IMG/VR virus record: IMGVR_UViG_3300015261_000002
Coordinates: 160,748-224,747 of that record
Strand: one strand, 5' to 3'
DNA length: 64,000 nucleotides
The notes beneath the pieces are model-generated. The model did no database searches and had not been told where the DNA came from. It saw only the letters and a list, made by a program, of their open reading frames with translations. The position numbers and the translations under genes were made by a program. This document shows, piece after piece, positions 39,979 through 49,641 of this stretch (the stretch's first letter is position 1; each line of letters opens with the position of its first letter).

Positions 39979-41412
39979 TTATTTTGTAAAGTAGTCGGTG
40001 ATGTTCTGCATGAAGTTATGAGCCGCATTCAGACCATCTTGGCTGTTCGTGATGTTGGTACTGGTCCGGTTAACCGCGTACGTAGCATTGACGTATTTAC
40101 GCTCATTGTGCTCCTCGCCGTTGAAGAACACCGTTACGTCGGTCTCGCCGAACAAGTGGCAGCTAACCTGCACGCTCAGAATGGTCGAGGTGTGAGCGAA
40201 CTGAGTGGAGTACTTGCTGAAGAACAGCTGACGCAGCATCTCCTTGAAACGTTCCACCCGGTTGATTGCGTACTCGTCATGATCCAGTACCGAGCCAAAG
40301 GTACCGGTGACGATTTCCACGCCAGTCTCGGAACCTTCCAGACCACTGAAGTGATGCGGGTTGTTCGTGGCACTGAACACCAGGTGAGTCAGACCGCAAC
40401 GGATCAGCATGTGAACAGTCAGGTACGCCAGCTCGGAGGCAATCGTCTCGTAGCTGTTTGCACCGCCGTATTCGGTAGAGGTCAGTGTGTTGTCCACGGC
40501 TACCGTAGCGGTAGGGTTGAGCAACTGGATGTTCATCACATCCGGCAGGTTGGTAAAGACCGAGTTGATCTCTGCCATGCTCCAGCCCATGAAGTTCGCC
40601 ATGGAGAAGCTGCCGTTAACCGACATCATGGTCTTGAAGAAGTCGTTGCTGGTCAACGGGGCTTCACCAATACCTGGACCGACCATCGCATCACCAATGG
40701 CGTTTGCAATACCGGTGTACTGACCTTCAGTGGTCGTCGCTGCTGCTACACGAAGCAGCTCACGAGCGTGGTGCGTTGGGTTTAGGTTGTCGGTCTTCGA
40801 CATGACCACGTTTTGTTTCAGGTCGGCTGCGAGGATGCCGTCAAAGCCATCGTTCATGCCGTCGTTTGCACTGGCCATGTAGCCCAGCACTTCTTGCGCC
40901 ATGTCGAGAGGACGAACCGATTTCAGATCGTCACGGCCGGTCGGGTCGCCCATCAGGAACTGGTGAGAACCCGTGATGACGGTCGAAGGCATCGGTAGGC
41001 CCATGTTGTCGAACTTCTGCGTCGTGCGGGTATCCCAGCAACGCACCGGCACGAACATGGTCTGCGGTTCGATACCTTCATGGGTGGCACCGCCTCCGGT
41101 CAGGTAACCGAGTACCGACAGCTCGGCCTGCTCGACCGAGTTGTTCGTGATCATGAAGTTCAGCATGCCCAGGCCGCGACGGATGTTCCAGTCATCTTCG
41201 ATGTTGACGATGCCGGACGGGCGAGTGGTCAGGCCACCGGATTGTGCAGCAATGGCGTTCAGCGTGTTGGCCGTTACACCACCTTGATGTTGTTCCATCT
41301 TGAGGGTGTCGATGTTCATCGTCGACATGTCCAGGATGTTGTGCCGATGAACGTGTGCGTGGTTTTGGTTGCCCATGCCAAAGATAGCTTTGGTCAGTGT
41401 AATTTCTGCCAT
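39979..41412 (-). CDS. Probable PicA/Imp1 phage-nucleus protein-import factor (phiKZ gp69 position)
   Basis: 477-aa gene directly downstream of the sigma-like subunit. Assigned by synteny only. Confidence 0.55.
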   Translation of the reverse strand: MAEITLTKAIFGMGNQNHAHVHRHNILDMSTMNIDTLKMEQHQGGVTANTLNAIAAQSGGLTTRPSGIVNIEDDWNIRRGLGMLNFMITNNSVEQAELSVLGYLTGGGATHEGIEPQTMFVPVRCWDTRTTQKFDNMGLPMPSTVITGSHQFLMGDPTGRDDLKSVRPLDMAQEVLGYMASANDGMNDGFDGILAADLKQNVVMSKTDNLNPTHHARELLRVAAATTTEGQYTGIANAIGDAMVGPGIGEAPLTSNDFFKTMMSVNGSFSMANFMGWSMAEINSVFTNLPDVMNIQLLNPTATVAVDNTLTSTEYGGANSYETIASELAYLTVHMLIRCGLTHLVFSATNNPHHFSGLEGSETGVEIVTGTFGSVLDHDEYAINRVERFKEMLRQLFFSKYSTQFAHTSTILSVQVSCHLFGETDVTVFFNGEEHNERKYVNATYAVNRTSTNITNSQDGLNAAHNFMQNITDYFTK

Positions 41413-41443
41413 GTTGCGTAACCTCGAAGATAGTTCTGTTTGC

Positions 41444-43003
41444 TTAGGCGTTTACTTTACGGTTCAACGCCATGAATTCATTCTTGACTTCCACACTGAT
41501 TTCCAGAGGAAAGAGTTTCCCCTGACCCACCAATGCGTAAATCTCTGGCGTGTCCAATACCCCATATTCCAAATTGGACTGCCAGATGCCACGACCGAAC
41601 TTATCAAGGAACGATTGGGCAGCGACGATCGCTTCGTTAAACGAGCGACCTTCGTTGTTACGTGTTTGAATCTCGCAGATCGAAGACAGGTACTGACGGT
41701 CTTCTTCACTCAGATTCAAACCATCCGGTAGCGACAGTTCACCATTAGGATCCTTGATCGCACCAATAACCGACGGCAAGTACTTGAACCCTTGCTCATG
41801 CAGACGAACCTGCGCAATACAGATGGCTGCCATCAGTTGGTCATAGCCGGCTGCTTCAAAGGTGAATGGAGATACCTCGAAAGCAAACGTCAACTGCAAG
41901 AGCTTGAGGATGTGATCTTCCAACTCAAAGTCCCAGTGTGGCGACAGGTTGTCGTAGATCTTCTCAACCAGTGCAACGTTCTTAACACCCAATGCATCAC
42001 AGGTGTATTTGAAGCGATCCTTATAACGAGGATTGTCTTCTTCGTCGAACAGTGTAAAGCTGAAGAACTCTGCCGCCGCGGTATCGTCGGTGGATCGCAC
42101 TTCTTCACTGATCTGGTGTTTGTCGAGCATCGAACGTTTATCGTCGTCAGACTCGCTTGGGTAATCCCGTTGCGTGAAGTTACCGCCCAGCGACTCGTGT
42201 TGCTTAACCGAGGCGTTGATGGCCGTGGCAATGTTCTTGCCCTCTTCCGTTTCCGGAATAGCCGCACAGCATAGACGATTAAACACCGTGTTAAAAAGTA
42301 CTTTATCAACAAAGTTTTCAACACTGGTGACACTGTCAGGCTGCGTAGGAATGCCGCGCTTGTCAAATGCGAACTTGACATAGCCCGTCAGCTTTTGCCA
42401 GCCCGGCAGGCTCGTGATCCAAGGGTTATCCTTGATCAGGTTACCACACGCCAGGTCGGTGAATCCGCCACTGCCCATGTGCACTTCGAATCGCGCCTGC
42501 AAGCCGAAGATGATTGGGTAGATAACGCGTACCACGAATGCCAGTTTTACCTGCTCTTCATAGTCGCGGTCAGTGATGGTGGTTTCTTTCGGGTAATCGC
42601 CCTTACTCGCCGCTTCACTCAGATCCCGTGGAATCTTCATGTACTTCGAGTAGTGGATAAAAGAGCAGTACTTCGGCACGTTGATGAAGTCCAGGATTTC
42701 ATCAGTGATGGGTTTTATTTGTGCCAGGTCTTCGTTGTAATCCAGGAACTTACCGCTCTCAACAATCGCGTACGCCCGGTTGTACAGGTTGAACAAATGC
42801 ATCTGTTGTTCATGGTCCATCGTGCCGTCAACATAATCGTTGAGGCAGTCGAACAGGTTGTAGGTGGCTTCGCTACGATCCTTGATCGTGCGTTCCAGTT
42901 TGATAGCAGCCTCACCATTGAACTTGATTACCTGTTCATTGAAGGTAATCAGGATCCCCTCGAACTTCTTGCTGGATGTGCGCCTGATGGCGAATTCAAG
43001 CAT
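41444..43003 (-). CDS. Non-virion RNAP sigma-like promoter-specificity subunit (phiKZ gp68-like)
   Basis: 519 aa and helical; size and position match the fifth nvRNAP subunit (synteny). Confidence 0.65.
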   Translation of the reverse strand: MLEFAIRRTSSKKFEGILITFNEQVIKFNGEAAIKLERTIKDRSEATYNLFDCLNDYVDGTMDHEQQMHLFNLYNRAYAIVESGKFLDYNEDLAQIKPITDEILDFINVPKYCSFIHYSKYMKIPRDLSEAASKGDYPKETTITDRDYEEQVKLAFVVRVIYPIIFGLQARFEVHMGSGGFTDLACGNLIKDNPWITSLPGWQKLTGYVKFAFDKRGIPTQPDSVTSVENFVDKVLFNTVFNRLCCAAIPETEEGKNIATAINASVKQHESLGGNFTQRDYPSESDDDKRSMLDKHQISEEVRSTDDTAAAEFFSFTLFDEEDNPRYKDRFKYTCDALGVKNVALVEKIYDNLSPHWDFELEDHILKLLQLTFAFEVSPFTFEAAGYDQLMAAICIAQVRLHEQGFKYLPSVIGAIKDPNGELSLPDGLNLSEEDRQYLSSICEIQTRNNEGRSFNEAIVAAQSFLDKFGRGIWQSNLEYGVLDTPEIYALVGQGKLFPLEISVEVKNEFMALNRKVNA

Positions 43004-43040
43004 CTCTTTAACTCCAAACAGTAATAGCGTCTACAGAGGG

Positions 43041-43068
43041 ATAATGTAGGTTTTAAATCTTTTTACCC
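43041..43068 (-). promoter_or_regulatory. Candidate early (vRNAP) promoter
   Basis: GGGTAAAAAGATTTAAAACCTACATTAT, near-identical to the element upstream of phuZ. Confidence 0.6.
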
Positions 43069-43113
43069 ATACGGAAATTGCTCAAAAAACAATTAGCAGC
43101 CATAGGGTTAGGC

Positions 43114-43138
43114 AGAGCAGAGGATTACCCTCCGCTCT
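43114..43138 (-). terminator. Imperfect hairpin followed by CTATGGCTGCT
   Basis: agagc-a-gagg-attac-cctc-c-gctct downstream of the ChmC-like gene. Confidence 0.5.
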
Positions 43139-43155
43139 TATCAGCATTTGGACGA

Positions 43156-43872
43156 TTAGAAGTCGTCGTCGAAGGAGTCAGTCGAGCTGCTCGAGTCATT
43201 GCTGTTGTAGTCGTTGCTACGGCCACCACCACCGCCATTCGCTGCGTCGCCGCGTGGTTTAGGCGGTTCCCAACCTTCGAGTTCCATACGTTCCAGAACC
43301 GGCTTCAAGAAGCTGACCCAGTGACGCACAGCCCAGCGGGACATGATGCCTTTGTCTTCGGCCACTTCGCCGTTGGCGTTGCGCATCATCACGGTCATCG
43401 AACGAGGACCTTTGAAGCGGATCATCGCCTTGTAGTCGCCTTTGGTGTAACCCAGGGTGATCTCGCCGTTGTCTTCGCGGGAGATAACGAAGTTGCACTG
43501 GACGACAGGCTTCTCGGACATACGGCCCGAACCGCCTTGGAACACGAACTGGTGACGCGCCGGGGTAACCTTGGCTTGTTTGAAGTTCGGGCTGCCGTTG
43601 ATGTCAGCGGCTTCCAGGAGGGCTTCGAACAGTTGACCGCGGTCGTAGGCATCGAGTTCGACTTCTTTGTGAGTCGACTTGCCTTCGGAGAACACGCCAT
43701 CGTTGACTTTCAGTACGATCTGGCCGGTGATCTTCTGCTCGAACATCAGTTGAGCAGGATACTTGCCGCCGTTGATCGGGGCATCCGTTGCCGGGTGAGC
43801 CTGACGGTAGTCATTCAGAAACGTCTTCTTGCGCTTCTGGCCGTTGGGAGCACCGTTACGTTGTGGTTGCAT
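43156..43872 (-). CDS. Probable ChmC-like nucleic-acid-binding protein (phiKZ gp67 position)
   Basis: Beta-rich core with a Gly/Ser/Asp disordered tail ending DSFDDDF; strong codon bias; sits immediately upstream of the sigma-like gene. Confidence 0.55.
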   Translation of the reverse strand: MQPQRNGAPNGQKRKKTFLNDYRQAHPATDAPINGGKYPAQLMFEQKITGQIVLKVNDGVFSEGKSTHKEVELDAYDRGQLFEALLEAADINGSPNFKQAKVTPARHQFVFQGGSGRMSEKPVVQCNFVISREDNGEITLGYTKGDYKAMIRFKGPRSMTVMMRNANGEVAEDKGIMSRWAVRHWVSFLKPVLERMELEGWEPPKPRGDAANGGGGGRSNDYNSNDSSSSTDSFDDDF

Positions 43873-43970
43873 AGCAGATTCCTTTTTGTTCAAGCAGGGG
43901 AAATTGGTGATTTGAGTCTATATGAATGGTGACTCTGTGACATTAAAGCCGTATTACTTGGCGACATATC

Positions 43971-44765
43971 CTACATCATCATGAGCAAACCTGCTCGGTC
44001 AACGGGATTGTCCAGTGCAGCGATCGAGTTCCTTACACGGCTCATGGAGGTAGCCGAAGTCCAGCCGCTGTCCAAAGCGATTTTCTTCACAAGATCTTTA
44101 ATCGCCTTAGAAGACGACTTAAAGTTAGTGGAGCGATCACCAAAGACTTGGATGGTCAGGTGGTTAAAAGGCATGTAGTGAAGTTCTTCTCCTCCAGTCA
44201 ACTTAGTGTACCAGGCCGTGAACGGTTTAAGCACTCCGGTGTAAGATTCCAAAAGAAACAGTCGACTGTAACCGCGCACATCTGCTAGGTCGACCACGTG
44301 GTGCGTCATAACAAGCCCGTTCCCCTTAAAATCAGGCATACCTACATCGGTAGCCACAAGGATCTTGCCGTGCTTGCTCATCAACGCATCCGCGACATCT
44401 TTGGATAAGCGCGCATACTTCTTCTGCTTCTCTGTACCCTTGTTCAGGAAGTCAGTCAAATCAGCGTGCTTGAACTTACGCTCCAAGCCTTTATAAGACG
44501 GGTAATACACCACCATCTGAATAGGCTTGCCTTTACGCAACTGCTCCAGATACTGTCCTAACTTGATGAGGTCCTCTTCAACGTCTTTGGTCAGTACCTT
44601 AACGTTGTTGGCTCCCTCATCATCTTTCTCGTAAGCAGCTTGTGCATTACGAATCAACGTTCTGAGATTAAACAGCAGGGTATCCGCAGACCGGATTGCA
44701 TCCCCACCGAGTTCCAATGCCAGTGAAGTCCCCACCGACATGCCTAGCGCACCCAGTGCTCTCAT
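43971..44765 (-). CDS. Conserved core protein, possibly PIN/RNase H-like nuclease (phiKZ gp66 position)
   Basis: Coupled to the SbcD-like gene; motifs DTLLFNLRTLIRN, THHVVDL, QVFGD. Confidence 0.4.
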   Translation of the reverse strand: MRALGALGMSVGTSLALELGGDAIRSADTLLFNLRTLIRNAQAAYEKDDEGANNVKVLTKDVEEDLIKLGQYLEQLRKGKPIQMVVYYPSYKGLERKFKHADLTDFLNKGTEKQKKYARLSKDVADALMSKHGKILVATDVGMPDFKGNGLVMTHHVVDLADVRGYSRLFLLESYTGVLKPFTAWYTKLTGGEELHYMPFNHLTIQVFGDRSTNFKSSSKAIKDLVKKIALDSGWTSATSMSRVRNSIAALDNPVDRAGLLMMM

Positions 44766-45883
44766 TTGAACTCCTCCAGCACCTCAAATGCTTCCTCTAC
44801 CGAGATACCCAGTTCCGCCAAGCGGTCACTGATCTCCGGCAATAGGGAATCATTCAAGTTATCTTTAGTGAGTGAAACCCCTTCGTACACTTTAGCGTCA
44901 AACAAAGTCTCGTCAACACTGACGCCTTTATCAACTTCGTTCTCAGCCTTAATGCCAAACATGGGGTAGTCTTTTTTCATGACCTCAACGATCGGGTTAA
45001 CGACCTCGGTCTTACCGCCCTTAACGCGAAGCTGCGAGAAAGGTGGTAACTTACGTGCAGCGATAAACGTGTGGAACTCTTTGATCAACACCTCAGGTGT
45101 AATCTCCGGATCCACATGCATGGTGAGAAAAGGAAGCGCGTTCTTGTTTTCCCAGAACACCGGATTAAAGTAATCCTTCTTCTTATCCAGATCCACCACA
45201 TAACCGCCCTTGGGATGTTCTTCACCATGAGCAGTACGGTCAAACGAACCAGAGGTGAAGAGTTTCCCCTTCTGCACTGGCTTGTGAATATGTCCCGCAA
45301 AAATGCCGTACCGAACAATCGTTTCCCATCGTTCGAGTAGGTGTGCATTCTTTTGGGCTGCGGCGTGCAGCTGGAAGGTAAAGCCACCGTGGAAGCAGAT
45401 CAAGTCGACCTTATCCATTCCGTTGGCTTTAAGGACCTGGAGTGCCCGTTCCCAGATCTCATCCGGTGTCATCTTGCCCATGTTGTCCGGGACGAACATA
45501 ATGGACAGTTCGTCTAACTGGTGAAACACCTCAATCGACAGGGTATCGATATAACGAACATCCATACCGCGCGGAGCGAGGTTTACAAAGTGCCGTGGCT
45601 GCTTATTGTCGTGAGACTCAGTACCTGCCAGCCAAATGGCGATCAGGTCTTCATTCGCATCGTGGGCTGAGTGCAAGAAGTCGCGCCCCCAGTCCTTGAC
45701 CTTAAACATGTCTTCGTTAGGGGATTCAACCATGCGCTCAAAGAAGTCGCCGCCAAACAGTACCATGTCAACCTTTGACAAGTCGTTCTCTTTTAAGAGG
45801 AATCGATTGAGGTTGGACAGGATGTGTGGGGTAGGGGTTACTTGGTGCAGCGTGTGTTGATCAGAGCTCCAGAGAAAACGCAC
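44762..45883 (-). CDS. sbcD: SbcD/Mre11-like metallophosphoesterase nuclease
   Basis: SSDQH, GGDFFE, GTESHD, FHG, GHIH, SGSFDR and EEHPKG motifs. Confidence 0.8.
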   Translation of the reverse strand: MRFLWSSDQHTLHQVTPTPHILSNLNRFLLKENDLSKVDMVLFGGDFFERMVESPNEDMFKVKDWGRDFLHSAHDANEDLIAIWLAGTESHDNKQPRHFVNLAPRGMDVRYIDTLSIEVFHQLDELSIMFVPDNMGKMTPDEIWERALQVLKANGMDKVDLICFHGGFTFQLHAAAQKNAHLLERWETIVRYGIFAGHIHKPVQKGKLFTSGSFDRTAHGEEHPKGGYVVDLDKKKDYFNPVFWENKNALPFLTMHVDPEITPEVLIKEFHTFIAARKLPPFSQLRVKGGKTEVVNPIVEVMKKDYPMFGIKAENEVDKGVSVDETLFDAKVYEGVSLTKDNLNDSLLPEISDRLAELGISVEEAFEVLEEFK

Positions 45884-45904
45884 TTATAAATCCCCTAATG
45901 ATAG

Positions 45905-46711
45905 TTAGCACTCCAGCGGGTCGGTAGGACGTGGCCGTTGGCTGACGACATTACCTTTACCCGAAGCAGCTGCGGCCATATTGACGCCCTTGATGGATTC
46001 CTCATTGAACTGGAATTCCATGTTGCCGGTCATCAGGCGATTAACCTGAGCGACTTGTTCGGCAGTGATCGGCTCTTTGCGATAGTTTGCATAGAGGATA
46101 GGACGGATGGCGTTGATCTCTTCGATCGGACGTTTGTTGTTGTTCAACGTGTCCTTGATGTAAACCACCTGCTTCTCTACTTCCGGGATCACGCCGAACT
46201 TGGCATAGAACTCAGGCGCGATCATTTCAGTGAGGGTGGTACGTTTCTTGCTGTCCAGTGCCTTGGTCAACGCCTTGGCCAAACCGAGGTTGGCGTTCGG
46301 GTCGTTCTTCTTCATGGTGTCAGCACTGTGACTGTGAATCATCCGGCTAGCCTGTTCCAGCATCTGGTACTCACGCTGGGTCAGGTTTGTGGTGATCATC
46401 GGCGGAATGAGCAGCACTGGCTTGTGGTCTTCGTCGACGACCATTACCGCACGAGTGCCGTTACCGCTGATCGACATCCACTTGTTGACCTTGGCGCCGA
46501 AGTAGTTCAGGCCATGATCGTTACCGAGGGCAAACGCCATCAGCCATTCGCGGACGAAGTCCTTTTCGTAGAGCACGGTTTCGACGTTGAAAGGCAGATC
46601 ACCATCACCCATCATCAACTTGCCGTCGATGTTTTGTACTTTGACGTTTTCAAGAAAGGCAAAATCTTCCTTGAGAATCTCTTCGCGGTCCTGCTTTGTC
46701 ATCTGACTCAT
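45905..46711 (-). CDS. Conserved hypothetical protein (268 aa)
   Basis: Coupled ORF in the core block. Confidence 0.55.
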   Translation of the reverse strand: MSQMTKQDREEILKEDFAFLENVKVQNIDGKLMMGDGDLPFNVETVLYEKDFVREWLMAFALGNDHGLNYFGAKVNKWMSISGNGTRAVMVVDEDHKPVLLIPPMITTNLTQREYQMLEQASRMIHSHSADTMKKNDPNANLGLAKALTKALDSKKRTTLTEMIAPEFYAKFGVIPEVEKQVVYIKDTLNNNKRPIEEINAIRPILYANYRKEPITAEQVAQVNRLMTGNMEFQFNEESIKGVNMAAAASGKGNVVSQRPRPTDPLEC

Positions 46712-47115
46712 TTACCCAACCTCGCCTTATCCAACACTTCATAAAGTCTGCCTGTTACAAGTACCACTTCAGACAGGTCATAAGTTTCGCCATCCACAAT
46801 TGCCCGAGCGGACATCAAGAGATGGTAGTTGTTAACTTCGTTATCTACCGTTTTCTTTTGCACCAACACTTGAGCCTGCGGAAACAGTTCTCGCATGTAG
46901 GATTCGAATTCTTGTTGAGTTCGTTCAACCATGGTCTCAGGCGTCGTACCATGGGTTGCCCAGAGAAAATAAAAACTAGGCACCTCACCAATGACCTTAC
47001 CCTGGTCACGACGGGAGGTAAACCAGTACATGAAATGCAGCGCCATCGCCTCCTGAGGCGACTTAACCTCGAAGCCTGAACGGGTAGACATCGTGGCCAC
47101 GCAAAAAGTGTTCAT
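46708..47115 (-). CDS. Small protein, possibly gp25-like baseplate/sheath initiator
   Basis: Helix-loop-helix-helix-three-strand pattern compatible with the T4 gp25 fold (weak inference). Confidence 0.35.
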   Translation of the reverse strand: MNTFCVATMSTRSGFEVKSPQEAMALHFMYWFTSRRDQGKVIGEVPSFYFLWATHGTTPETMVERTQQEFESYMRELFPQAQVLVQKKTVDNEVNNYHLLMSARAIVDGETYDLSEVVLVTGRLYEVLDKARLGK

Positions 47116-47192
47116 ACCGTTTTCCTTTATAGAAGTAACCTCTATAAGAATAGTTTTCCTTGCAACGCTGTAAGATAGCGTATGGCAAAAAA

Positions 47193-47226
47193 ATAAAGCA
47201 GGAAGGGTGTTACCCCTCCTGTTTAT
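47193..47226 (-). terminator. Intrinsic terminator
   Basis: Imperfect hairpin followed by a T7 run on the minus strand. Confidence 0.55.
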
Positions 47227-47236
47227 CTAAACGGTC

Positions 47237-47878
47237 TTATTCGGCTTCTGGGGGCGGTGTAGCGCCTTTCAGAGCCTTGTTGGTCTCGCTGGTGATATCG
47301 AACAAGTTCTTCGTCCGATGATAACCAATTGCGTTCCACGTTTTCTGCACGTCAACGCGTTCACGGAAGGACAATCCACCGCCTGCACTTTCCAGGTAGT
47401 GAGCATGTTTCAACCGTGTGACGTCGTCTTTCGTTTCCAGGTGCAACAAGCCATTCATCGAACGGCGCCAGAAAATGTTCTCAGCGCCAATCCCTGTATT
47501 GAGTGGACTGAAGTTGCCGTCATATCCACTGATCTTGTCATCCAGCCAATCCTGGTGCAAGCCTTCATGCGCCATGATGTAGTCGCGCATGAAACCCTGC
47601 GCACCTTGCAGACCTGCCACGGAACCCAGGTAACCGATTTCGAACCGACCGACGTAATCGCCGTCCGAGTTACCCAACAGTCGCTTACCCATTTCCCATG
47701 CTCGCGAGGTCAGGTAGTTGTTGAACCCTTCCAACGCGTTTGTTGCTTGTTGTGCTAACCAACCACCCGCCTGCTGAAACGCCTGAGTGGAGTTGTTCAC
47801 ATACTGGGCGTACTTCTGCATCTGATTCTCGGTGTAGCTGCCCGAGACCGCATAACTGAATGCATGAGCACTGTTCAT
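47237..47878 (-). CDS. Conserved core hypothetical protein (213 aa) downstream of nvRNAP beta-prime N
   Basis: GAGG RBS and clear coding pattern. Confidence 0.55.
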   Translation of the reverse strand: MNSAHAFSYAVSGSYTENQMQKYAQYVNNSTQAFQQAGGWLAQQATNALEGFNNYLTSRAWEMGKRLLGNSDGDYVGRFEIGYLGSVAGLQGAQGFMRDYIMAHEGLHQDWLDDKISGYDGNFSPLNTGIGAENIFWRRSMNGLLHLETKDDVTRLKHAHYLESAGGGLSFRERVDVQKTWNAIGYHRTKNLFDITSETNKALKGATPPPEAE

Positions 47879-47900
47879 CGTGTTTACCTCTTAGCCTGGG

Positions 47901-49538
47901 TTAGGCTACATCAAGGATCGGCGTTTGCGCCATGAGCGTGTTAAGGTTCATGAGGTTAGTTGCCGCTTGCCCTGCGTAGTCACCCACTGTAAACGGAATG
48001 TTGCGGTCCAACGTCTGATGGTGACCCCACGCGCCGTAAGCTTTCGCTTTGGACTCGTTATCGGCCATAAGGACGATGTAGTGGTTGTCGCCGTCAAAGT
48101 CGGTGTTCGATTCACTTACGGCCAGGATCGGTACGCGAATACTTTCATCCTGGAGATCGCGGTTCACACGGAGGAACGCACTGCGCAGACTGAGGAACTC
48201 AATCGACGGGTTACGTCCGCTCTGTATGATAGCCTTGTTGTTTTCTTCCATGTCGCGGAAGAATTCATCAATCAGCGGGTCGATCCAATACGCAGCTCGA
48301 CTGATTCGCTGGATGGCCTGATACGGAGTATGACCGCGACGGTACAAGAAGCCCGTGATGTGATAGTCCAGAATAGCCAGACACATCTTCCACGGGACCA
48401 TCCACTCATCCGGGTTGAGGATACCGGTTACCGAGGTTACAACCGAGCGGCCAGTGAACGGTACTGCACCAGAGGCCACGTGTTTACGGTTGAGTGCAGG
48501 CTTACCAAACAACGCTTTCGGGTTGTTTACCTTACGGTATTGGTCAGCCAGCTTAACCAGGTTCTTGCCGACGATCTCGCAGTTACGACGCTTATCGGCG
48601 GCGCTCAGCTTAACGACAGCATTCGAACGTTTGGTATCAGCAATCGCGGTGTACAGCTGTGCAGTGACCGGTTGGTGAGGATAGGCGTAAGTATCCTTGC
48701 CCGTCTTCTCCAGGATCGTTGCGTAGCGATTCGGCACCTTCATGTACTTGGAGAACGCGATGTGCTTGTTCTTTTGGTACACTTCCATCAACACCACACC
48801 TTCGTGCGAGGTCGTGCAATGGCGTTTGCCATTACCTACCAGCATCCAGTGCATGATGTCATCACACCGTGCCTGGAAGGTGTTCATGTTTACGTCGATG
48901 ATCTCCAGCTCTTCGAGCATGTTGCGAATCAGGTTGACGGTGGTGTTCTTTTGCTTGTTGATCTGGCCGCGATACGTCGGGTCGATGAAGTACCGTGGTA
49001 CGCAGACCTTTGGACTGCCAATGCCGACTTTGTTAAAGAAGGTCGAGAAGAAACCCAAGTTAACAAACCCATTCACACCCTCTGGCAACTTAAGCCACAG
49101 CCGAGTGTCCTCTCCGCGGTCCAGGAACAGCTCTGGAACCTCTCCGCACTTAGGACAAGCCTTACCCTGCTTCAGCCGGTAGTTGCCACGGTAGTGACCA
49201 CAGGCCGGATTACAGGTAGCGACTGTCTCGAACGAGTTACCTGTGAATTCCATACGAGTCAGACGCTCGATGGCTTCGCGATCTTCCTGAATGTTGAAGT
49301 CAAACTCATTCAGGTAAATAGGCTTCAGACGACTGGTATCGTGCAAGTAGTCGTAGTCTTCGAAGTCCCAGTACAGAGGCTCCGAGTAACGGGGGTCATC
49401 CTCCAGCGACCGGCCGAAGGCTGCGGCGTAACGGTTGAAGAAAGGCATTGGATCAAGCTTTTCTTCGTTGTACTGTGTGAGCTTTTTGATTGCCAGCTCA
49501 TTTGACGGAGTGAGTTCCGGTAAGTACATATTGCCCAT
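47901..49538 (-). CDS. Non-virion RNA polymerase beta-prime N-terminal catalytic subunit (phiKZ gp55-56.1-like), uninterrupted
   Basis: Catalytic NTDFDGD (NADFDGD-type), zinc finger CNPAC...CPKC, RKHVASG...GRSVV, GRNPS. Confidence 0.9.
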   Translation of the reverse strand: MGNMYLPELTPSNELAIKKLTQYNEEKLDPMPFFNRYAAAFGRSLEDDPRYSEPLYWDFEDYDYLHDTSRLKPIYLNEFDFNIQEDREAIERLTRMEFTGNSFETVATCNPACGHYRGNYRLKQGKACPKCGEVPELFLDRGEDTRLWLKLPEGVNGFVNLGFFSTFFNKVGIGSPKVCVPRYFIDPTYRGQINKQKNTTVNLIRNMLEELEIIDVNMNTFQARCDDIMHWMLVGNGKRHCTTSHEGVVLMEVYQKNKHIAFSKYMKVPNRYATILEKTGKDTYAYPHQPVTAQLYTAIADTKRSNAVVKLSAADKRRNCEIVGKNLVKLADQYRKVNNPKALFGKPALNRKHVASGAVPFTGRSVVTSVTGILNPDEWMVPWKMCLAILDYHITGFLYRRGHTPYQAIQRISRAAYWIDPLIDEFFRDMEENNKAIIQSGRNPSIEFLSLRSAFLRVNRDLQDESIRVPILAVSESNTDFDGDNHYIVLMADNESKAKAYGAWGHHQTLDRNIPFTVGDYAGQAATNLMNLNTLMAQTPILDVA

Positions 49539-49581
49539 GGCCGACTCCAAAAACAGAAAAACAGAAAAAAGAGATCAGCGA

Positions 49582-49605
49582 GCAAGAGGGAATTACCCCT
49601 CTTGC
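49582..49605 (-). terminator. Intrinsic terminator after chimallin
   Basis: gcaagaggg-aattac-ccctcttgc with T-rich tracts downstream on the minus strand. Confidence 0.6.
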
Positions 49606-49641
49606 CCACCAATCCGTTGCAGGCTACAACGTGTACAACAC

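Noticed and set aside
35725-49538. Group I introns or HNH endonucleases in the nvRNAP genes, as in phiKZ
   Set aside because: Both genes are continuous ORFs with their motifs intact, and no intervening endonuclease ORF is present.
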